Position numbers and translations under genes: made by a program
From: an uncultured Desulfobacter sp.
GTDB taxonomy: Bacteria > Desulfobacterota > Desulfobacteria > Desulfobacterales > Desulfobacteraceae
Reading direction: 5' to 3'
NCBI GenBank assembly: GCA_963665095.1
Contig: OY762069.1
Span: 3,904,001 to 3,968,000 of the forward strand
Length of the DNA: 64,000 nucleotides
Notes under the pieces: model-generated
Database searches by the model: none
What the model was told of the DNA's origin: nothing
The model's input: only the letters and a program-made list of their open reading frames with translations
Shown: positions 9,395 to 16,115 of the stretch, one piece after another
Numbering within the stretch: the stretch's first letter is position 1
Layout of the letters: every line of letters starts with the position of its first letter

Positions 9395-10043
9395 GAAAAA
9401 ACAGCCATAGAGCAGAATATTACGATTTCGGTGAAACGGAGCCGGGCTCTGCTGAGGAGCAACCTGGTAAGGGATAGCCGGAAGCAGGCAGCATTGAATA
9501 ATGCGCCAGGGGAAGTGGGGATTACCTGCTTCCCCTTTCTGCTTTATTCAAGCTGTTCTGCCTATGCCTTAAAAACCTACTGAGAAGGAGCGCAGCGACT
9601 TCTGTAGCTGTCTTAAATAATATGGAAAAGATTTAATCTGTTCAAAATAATTAGAAAATTTAAGTCAGGATAAAATGCGACTCAACAATGGGAAAGCAAA
9701 TGACGGCAATAGCTGGTGCGCCATCAGCAGCTTTACGCTGTTAAAAGACTGTAGATGCGTATCGCAAAGGTTGTTAAAGTAGCACACGGCATATGCGCCA
9801 GAGGTTCTTTCAAAAGGATGCATTTTCTTTTGACTCGGAAAAAGAACAGTGCTTTCCGAGAGAATGCTCAAGGACATATGCTATGAAATAACTGTAAATT
9901 TCATTATTGCTAAAACAACCGGGCGGCCCGCAAGGCTTAGTCTTAGAAATGCTTGAGCCGTATGATGGGAAACTGTCACGTACGGTTCTGAGGGGGCCTG
10001 GGGTAGATAACTACCCCAGGCTACCCGATTTTCAAAAAAATCG

Positions 10044-10080
10044 TTGCACGGATCCAAAAGTAATACTACAATGGTATTAC
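10044..10080 (+). promoter_or_regulatory. Sigma70 promoter and palindromic operator of the AbrB/VapC cassette
   Basis: TTGCAC(10044)-17 nt-TACAAT(10067); inverted repeat GTAATAC-N7-GTATTAC straddles the -10 box. Confidence 0.75.
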
Positions 10081-10100
10081 ATTATCAAAGGAGATTTATT

Positions 10101-10325
10101 ATGCGTGTAACCACAAAAGGCCAAGTCACTATCCCCAAGAATGTAAGGGAAATATTAGGTATTGCTCCAGAGACAGACGTTGATTTTCAAGAAGATAACG
10201 GAAGATTTTATCTGGTCAAAGTATCAAAAAACAAACCGACCTCTAAATTTTCGAAGTTAAGGGGGATTGCTACAGCTAAAATGTCTACAGACGAAATCAT
10301 GAATATGACAAGAAAAATAAAATGA
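10101..10325 (+). CDS. AbrB/MazE/SpoVT-family antitoxin
   Basis: MRVTTKGQVTIPK.VRE.LGI; AAGGAG RBS; overlaps the PIN toxin. Confidence 0.92.
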   Translation: MRVTTKGQVTIPKNVREILGIAPETDVDFQEDNGRFYLVKVSKNKPTSKFSKLRGIATAKMSTDEIMNMTRKIK

Positions 10326-10726
10326 ACGGAATTTTCATTGATTCGTGTGTGTTGCTTGATCTGTTTACGAATGATTCTAAATGGGGAAACTGGTCTGAAG
10401 ACGTATTAAGTCAGTGTAGCCAGACGAATACATTATTCATTAATTCAATTGTGTATACCGAAATATCAATTGGTTTCAACCGTATTGAAGAAGTCGAGGA
10501 AGCTGTTGAACAAGTGGGTGTAAAAGTCCTGGAAATTCCACGCGAAGCTTTGTTTTTGGCTGGAAAGACATTCCTTGAGTATCGAAGAAATAAGGGCACT
10601 AAAAGTTCAACCCTTCCGGATTTCTTCATTGGTGCTCACGCTACAGTATCTTCATTTGACTTAGTCACAAGGGACATTGCAAAATATAGAACGTATTTCC
10701 CAAACATAAAACTTATTTGCCCATGA
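10322..10726 (+). CDS. vapC: PIN-domain toxin VapC
   Basis: IFIDSCVLLD, VYTE, LPDFFIGAHA, LVTRD. Confidence 0.92.
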   Translation: MNGIFIDSCVLLDLFTNDSKWGNWSEDVLSQCSQTNTLFINSIVYTEISIGFNRIEEVEEAVEQVGVKVLEIPREALFLAGKTFLEYRRNKGTKSSTLPDFFIGAHATVSSFDLVTRDIAKYRTYFPNIKLICP

Positions 10727-10814
10727 TTTGCTTCAAGACGTGGTCGCAAACAAATTTTGAACTTTATACCAAGCGAATAGGGATAGGACTCCCCATCACT
10801 GAGGAGCCCTCCCA

Positions 10815-11733
10815 GGTGAGTAGCCCAAAGGAACTTCCCCTTCAGGCTCTCTCAGAACCGGTCGTGAATCTCTCGACTCATCCGGCTCCTATCGTTCAGC
10901 CGTTTTTTTTTCAGGACACGCCAATGTACAAAAAGGTTCGGCTGTCGTTCAGCAATCTGTGTCAACCATCTTGTGGCCTTTTGTTGACGTCCCCTGAGTT
11001 TCTTATATTTACAGGTTGCCCAACGTACTAACCGCCAATTTATATGATGGAGAATCCCAGACATCTCAGAAGGATTGTACCGCCCGTAATAATTAATCCA
11101 GCCTTGAATTATTGGATTACATTCTATAGCCAGATCCTCAAGCGTGTCCCCTGGCCGTAATTGCCAGTTCCAACTGCGTACTTTCTGTCTGATTGCCTTT
11201 GCAGCCTTGTTGCTTATCGCTGGTGTGAAGTTTTCAAAAAATTTTCCTCTGCGATTTCTTGATAATCTGGGCCGAAATGTATACCCTAGAAAATCAAACT
11301 TCATAACAGGATAATCTCCTTTTCGATCTTCATCCTTGCAATAAACTATTTTTGTCTTTTCAGGGTGCAGCTCCAACCCACATTCACCAAACCTTAACTC
11401 CAAGTCAGCTTTCAACTGTTTGGCTAATGGTTCAGTTCTGCAGTGGCAAACAGCATCATCGGCATATCGCTCAAAAGGCACATACGAATAGTTTCGCTGC
11501 ATCCAATGATCGAAAACATAATGCAAAAATAAATTTGCCAGCAAGGGACTAACCACTCCTCCTTGCGGAGTTCCTTTTTGCGGATAAACAAGTGATCCGT
11601 CCGGCATTGCGATTGGGGCCTTTAGCCACCGTTCAACATACAAAAGTACCCAGCGACAATCTGTGTGTTTTACTACAGCTCTCATCAAAAGTTCATGATT
11701 GATATTGTCAAAAAATCCTTTCTCATGGCACAC
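10815..11733 (-). mobile_element. Class D group II intron copy 2, both termini present, large internal deletion
   Basis: 5' GTGTGCCATGAGA joined directly to RT KGFFDN codons; DV GAGCCGGATGAGTCGAGAGATTCACGACCGGTTC; 3' end CTACTCACC; removal restores GGGTGGTG/TGGGAGGG exactly as in copy B. Confidence 0.9.
10852..11720 (-). pseudogene. ltrA: N-terminally truncated class D intron RT/maturase
   Basis: Begins at KGFFDN; retains PQGG, YADD and maturase NPIIQGWINYY; lacks RT0-2. Confidence 0.9.
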
Positions 11734-11786
11734 CACCACCCGGCATACGGATCACGTACCAAGGCGGTTCGGCTGATTTCGAAAAA

Positions 11787-12858
11787 TCAGTTCCCGGGCA
11801 GATACAATCCTTTCTTAACAAAATACATTTCAGGCATGGCAATGGCCACCCACTTGATTTTGCTCATGTGCCAATACTTTTTGCGTGCGTTGCCGCACAG
11901 CATGGCGTCCTGATGAGAAATACCAAGTTTTTCCAGGTTACGGACCCTGGTCCCAGGGTTTTTCCATTGTTTCCAAACAAGACTTCTCAGCCGTCGCAGT
12001 ATCCAGACCTTGAGTTCTTTCAGAAAATAGCGGGTTTCCGTGAGCCGGAAATATCCCCACCACCCTCGGAAATACTGGTTCAAGTCCTGAATCACTTGCC
12101 ACAGACTTTTACCCCGTTTACGGCAGGTTAATTCCCGGACCTTATCCTTGAACCGTTTCATACTCTTGGCATGAATCCGGATCTTGGACTGCCCACACAT
12201 TTGGAAATATGTGAATCCTAAGAATTTACCTATCCACGGTCTGCTTACAGCACTCTTATCCTGGTTTACCTTGAGCTTGAGTTTCACAGTCAGAAACCGG
12301 GTGATACTCTGCATAACCCGCTGGGCTGCTCTCAGGTATGGCCTTCAACCATATACCCCTTCCCCTGTATCACTGCATCGTGTGCGGATCTGCCGGGCCT
12401 GAATCCATAACTGAATTCAGAAAAAGAGGGGTCCCAGACCTGTTCAAGGACCTGGCTCAATTTATCATGACCATCGACACCTGGGATATGGCCTGCTGGA
12501 TAAACCGGTCCAGCACTGTTGGGATTCCAAGTAAACGGACACCGCCATCCGGTTTAGGGATTTCCTTCCTTTTAACCGGCAGCGGTTTGTACCTGCATTC
12601 CAGCAGGTCTTGTTTGATTTCAGGCCAGTGCTTTGCAAGGTAGCTGCCAAGCTGGCTGGTTTTCATGCCATCCACTCCTGGGGCACCCTTGTTTGCACAG
12701 ACATGCTTCCATGCCAGGATAATGTTGTTACGTTCAAGAATCATCTCCATTAAACGGGCATTGTTTCCCAGACGTTCGGCAATCTGTGACGCTGGAAACA
12801 GTTCCAACTGCTGTGGCGATCTGTTCACAAGTACACATCTCCTATTTGTCGTTATCAT
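11787..12858 (-). pseudogene. ltrA: Class C intron RT/maturase pseudogene
   Basis: N-term NKGAPGVDG, R.LGIPTVLDR; then FSEFSYGFRPGRSAHDA; the PQG/YADD region is absent; C-term FLGFT, LNQYFRGWWGYF. Confidence 0.9.
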
Positions 12859-13027
12859 TTACCCGGACCATTCGGCCCGGGCACCGTTCAGGCCTTCACC
12901 GGGGTGAGTCCTCCCTGGTTTGCAGGGCTCGTTTCCTCCGACTACTATGCCCTCTGCTGACTTCTCCCATGCGGCCAGGACCAGTTACCCGGCCCTCAGC
13001 TCCCCATTCGATTTTAAAAACAACCAT

Positions 13028-13051
13028 ACTTGTACAAAATAATGGACAAGT
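13028..13051 (+). promoter_or_regulatory. Probable YefM-YoeB operator
   Basis: ACTTGTACA-N6-TGGACAAGT; TGTACA/TGGACA cores 12 bp apart, as in the E. coli yefM operator. Confidence 0.65.
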
Positions 13052-13104
13052 TTAAAATCAAGTATTATACTTGTGCTATAAAGAGAACAAGTTTGGAGAA
13101 TGTT

Positions 13105-13359
13105 ATGAGAATTATAAATTTTAGTGAAGCACGAAACAATTTAAAAACTGTTTTGAATCAAGTGGCGGACGATGCTGATTATACAATCATCACACGTCGT
13201 GATTCAGAGGACGCTGTTGTCATGTCACTGGAGACTTTCAATAGTTTCATGGAGACTTTTTACCTTCTCAGGTCACCTGCCAACGCGGCACATTTAACAA
13301 AATCTATTCAACAATTTAAAAATGGGAAAGTTCAGGAAAGAGATCTAATAAATGAATAG
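13105..13359 (+). CDS. yefM: YefM/Phd antitoxin
   Basis: INFSEARNNLK.VL, ITRR...AVVMSL, ET.YLLRSPANA.HL. Confidence 0.95.
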   Translation: MRIINFSEARNNLKTVLNQVADDADYTIITRRDSEDAVVMSLETFNSFMETFYLLRSPANAAHLTKSIQQFKNGKVQERDLINE

Positions 13360-13612
13360 AAAACTAACCTGGACCGGGGAAGCATGGAAAGACTATCTCT
13401 ACTGGCAAACACAAGACAAAAAGAAACTGAAAAGAATCAACAAACTCATTAATGACACAATGAGGCAACCATTTGAAGGCATAGGGAAACCTGAGCCATT
13501 GAGAGAAAATCTATCTGGGTTTTGGTCCCGAAGGATTGATGATACAAATCGTTTGGTTTACGCTGCAGATGATGATTTTCTTACAATCATTTCATGTAGA
13601 TATCATTATTAA
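13352..13612 (+). CDS. yoeB: Txe/YoeB toxin
   Basis: AWKDYLYWQ, PFEGIGKPEPL, WSRRID..NRLVY, CRYHY. Confidence 0.97.
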   Translation: MNRKLTWTGEAWKDYLYWQTQDKKKLKRINKLINDTMRQPFEGIGKPEPLRENLSGFWSRRIDDTNRLVYAADDDFLTIISCRYHY

Positions 13613-13625
13613 AACATGGAATCGA

Positions 13626-13656
13626 ATCGTGATAGGACTCCCCCATTACTGAGGAG
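13626..13656 (-). mobile_element. 31-nt relic (DVI only) of a fourth IIC-attC intron
   Basis: ATCGTGATAGGACTCCCCCATTACTGAGGAG matches the 3' end of copies B/C; sits after ATCGA, the expected R'' half for a cassette starting (G)TTCGAT. Confidence 0.8.
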
Positions 13657-13680
13657 ATAATAATGAGCGTCTACAAATAA

Positions 13681-13780
13681 AGTGAACAAAACGCTGCTCG
13701 TACCCGGATAAATCCGAATCGCCCTGTCATTGCAACAATATGCACTTGATTTAGGTCCGCCCGGATAGTAAAGGTTGGAA
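13681..13780 (+). other. Degenerate terminal attC-like site
   Basis: AGTGAAC-aaaac-GCTGCTC ... CCCG-GATAGT-aaag-GTTGGAA; spacing like attC1/2 but L pairing imperfect. Confidence 0.4.
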
Positions 13781-13819
13781 ACGCCGCATATACCAGATGC
13801 AGACAGACAAGAGGAGACC

Positions 13820-14752
13820 ATGACCGGGCTGACCACTTACAAAAAACTGTTCAATAACATTACAAGCGTGATCAAAGGCCAGGACGACACCATCACGCTG
13901 ATGCTGTCAGGATTTGCTGTAGGCGGCCATATTCTGCTGGAAGATGCCCCGGGCAACGGGAAAACCACGCTTGCCAAGGCCTTGGCGTTTTCTGCAGATG
14001 CGGATTTCAAACGCATCCAGTTCACCCCGGACCTTCTACCTTCGGATGTCTGCGGTGTTTCCATCTTTGATCCGTCCAAACAGGAATTCAGACTTCACAA
14101 GGGGCCGGTGTTCACCAATATTCTTCTGGCAGATGAAATCAACCGGGCCTCCCCCAGAACCCAGTCCGCTCTGCTTGAGGCCATGGCGGAATCCCAGGTC
14201 AGCATTGACGGCAACCGTCTGGCGCTGGATGATTTCTTTTTTGTTATTGCCACCCAGAACCCGGTGGAATCCAGGGGCACCTATCCCTTGCCCGAGGCCC
14301 AGATGGACCGGTTTGCCTTGAAGCTCTCCATGGGATATGTGGGGCCGAAAGACGAGGTGGACATCCTCACAAATCAGGAAAAATCAGAGCCGGTTGCCAA
14401 CCTTTCTCCCTGTATATCAAAATCAGATATCATGACCATGAAACAGTGTGTGGATGACGTCTTTATCAGTGAGGAACTCAAATTTTACATTGTCAGCCTG
14501 GTGGGGCAAACACGGACCCATAAGGGCATTACTTTAGGCGCCGGGCACAGGGCATCCATCACCCTGATGAAAACCGCCAAGGCCTGCGCGCTTTTTTCCG
14601 GCAGCGATTTTGTCACGCCCGAACATATCCAAAAGCTGGCCGTGCCGGTGATGGCCCACCGCCTGGTCCTGGATCCGGAATTCTGCTTTTCCGGCAACTC
14701 TTCTGCCGGCGTCATTCATGATATTGTCAGGGCCACCAAAGCCCCGGGTTAA
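13820..14752 (+). CDS. moxR: MoxR-family AAA+ ATPase
   Basis: HILLEDAPGNGKT, RIQFTPDLLPSD, LADEINRA.P.TQSALLE, LPEAQMDRF; GAGGAG RBS before ATG 13820. Confidence 0.95.
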   Translation: MTGLTTYKKLFNNITSVIKGQDDTITLMLSGFAVGGHILLEDAPGNGKTTLAKALAFSADADFKRIQFTPDLLPSDVCGVSIFDPSKQEFRLHKGPVFTNILLADEINRASPRTQSALLEAMAESQVSIDGNRLALDDFFFVIATQNPVESRGTYPLPEAQMDRFALKLSMGYVGPKDEVDILTNQEKSEPVANLSPCISKSDIMTMKQCVDDVFISEELKFYIVSLVGQTRTHKGITLGAGHRASITLMKTAKACALFSGSDFVTPEHIQKLAVPVMAHRLVLDPEFCFSGNSSAGVIHDIVRATKAPG

Positions 14753-14765
14753 GGAAAATTGATCC

Positions 14766-16115
14766 ATGGCAAAGGCGTCAACAAGACTTCTCTACCGCAC
14801 CTATGTCCGTTTTGCCAGGTACGGCTTCTGGAAACAAAACAAGTTCACCGCCACCGGAAACATCTTAATATACGCCGTAATCCTGACCGCCTGCCTTGGC
14901 CTGGACACCTTCAGAAGCATGGTATACCAGTTATTTTCCCTGCTTGTATCCCTGTTTGCCGCATCTGCTCTCCTCTCCTTAAGGCAGGAAAAAGGGCTTT
15001 GTGCTAAACGGATCCTGCCGGAATACGGCAGCGCAGGCATTCCCATTGGCTACACCATCCTTATTGAAAACAGGACAAACCGCCTAAAGCAGGGGTTTGA
15101 AATCCGCGAGCGTTTGGGCAATACAACCCCTTCATTAAAAGATTTTTCCACTGCCAGGGAGCCGTTTGAGCATTTACGCAATGCCTGGGACAGGAAACTC
15201 AAGGTGCAGCGATGGAACTGGCTTGTCCGCAAAAGTGCAAATGCCCGTGTAGCTCGCATTCCTGTTCCGCCGGTCATGCAGGAAAGCAAAATCGAAGTCA
15301 TCGCAGAGCTGGTCCCCTTGAACCGGGGCTACATTTATTTAAAGGGGTTCACCTTTCTTAAAAAAGAGCCCCTGGGTCTCATGCGCGCCGTTTATCACAC
15401 GACCAGAGAAGAAAGGCTTCTGATACTGCCCAGACGGTATAAGGTGCCGGACCTTGTCCTGCCCGGGTCCAGAAAACACCATCGCGGCGGGGTTGCCCTG
15501 ACCTCCAAGGTGGGTAATGCCGATGAGTTCATCTCTTTAAGGGAGTACAGGCCAGGGGATCCCATGCGCCGTATCCACTGGAAAAGTCTTGCGAAAACAG
15601 GAAAACTCATTATCCGGGAAAACCAGGACGAACACTTTGTCAGACATGCCCTGATTCTGGATACCCATGTGCCCCGGGGTGAGGCATCCGACAAATTTGA
15701 AGCGGCCGTAAGCCTTGCAGCCTCCTATGTGTCAAAAATAAATACGAAAGAGTCTTTGCTGGATCTTTTTTTTGCCGGCAGCCGAATTTTTCATTACGCC
15801 TCAGGCAGGGGGCTTTCCGGCAGCAGAAAATTTCTGGAAATCCTGGCATTAATTCAGCCGGCAACCGAGAAGACATTTCAACCGGTGTCCCAGGCTGTAC
15901 TCAAGTATCAGTCGCTTCTAAGCGGCACTATTTTAATTTTCAGCAGCCTGGATCAGGACCGGCTGGAACTGATAAACCGCTTAAAAGCGGGTGGTACTGC
16001 AGTCACTGCGTTTTTGATTACCGATGCAGGCAGTGCAGCACCCTCTGGACGGGTTCATCTTCTCGATTATAAAAATATGCAAACCAGCCTGAACAGATTG
16101 AGACAACCGTCATGA
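14766..16115 (+). CDS. DUF58 domain membrane protein
   Basis: EFISLREYRPGDPMRRIHWKSLAKTGKL; follows moxR. Confidence 0.92.
   Translation: MAKASTRLLYRTYVRFARYGFWKQNKFTATGNILIYAVILTACLGLDTFRSMVYQLFSLLVSLFAASALLSLRQEKGLCAKRILPEYGSAGIPIGYTILIENRTNRLKQGFEIRERLGNTTPSLKDFSTAREPFEHLRNAWDRKLKVQRWNWLVRKSANARVARIPVPPVMQESKIEVIAELVPLNRGYIYLKGFTFLKKEPLGLMRAVYHTTREERLLILPRRYKVPDLVLPGSRKHHRGGVALTSKVGNADEFISLREYRPGDPMRRIHWKSLAKTGKLIIRENQDEHFVRHALILDTHVPRGEASDKFEAAVSLAASYVSKINTKESLLDLFFAGSRIFHYASGRGLSGSRKFLEILALIQPATEKTFQPVSQAVLKYQSLLSGTILIFSSLDQDRLELINRLKAGGTAVTAFLITDAGSAAPSGRVHLLDYKNMQTSLNRLRQPS

Larger units (their letters stand above)
6590..9687 (+). mobile_element. Mu/IS481-like three-gene transposon (Zn-ribbon protein, DDE transposase, ExeA-like ATPase), 3098 bp
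   Basis: Imperfect IRs TGTAGATTCCCGAAATAACCTGA and (rc) TGTTGAGTCGCATTTTATCCTGA; 4-bp duplication ATGG at 6586-6589 and 9688-9691; removal restores intron sequence GAGGATGGGAAAGCAAATG. Confidence 0.8.
3494..10029 (+). mobile_element. Group IIB (chloroplast-like class) intron with degenerate RT ORF, interrupted by IS66 and a Mu-like transposon; about 990 nt once these are removed
   Basis: 5' GTGCG at 3494; DV GAGCCGTATGATGGGAAACTGTCACGTACGGTTC near 9956-9989; DVI ends CTACCCGAT at 10029; ORF relics MTAIAGAPSA and RL*MRIAKVVK near 9700-9780 resemble CL-class RT N-termini. Confidence 0.85.
10777..13000 (-). mobile_element. Group IIC(-attC) intron copy C with RT pseudogene; 5' half deleted; interrupted by a class D intron
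   Basis: DVI end CCTATCCCTAT at 10777; DV at about 11734-11775; 12870-13000 is colinear with copies A/B; stops at GGCCCTCAGC. Confidence 0.88.

Noticed and set aside
6590..9687. CRISPR-associated transposon or type II secretion ExeA locus
   Set aside because: No cas genes, CRISPR array or secretion genes; the ATPase is coupled to the transposase inside the IRs
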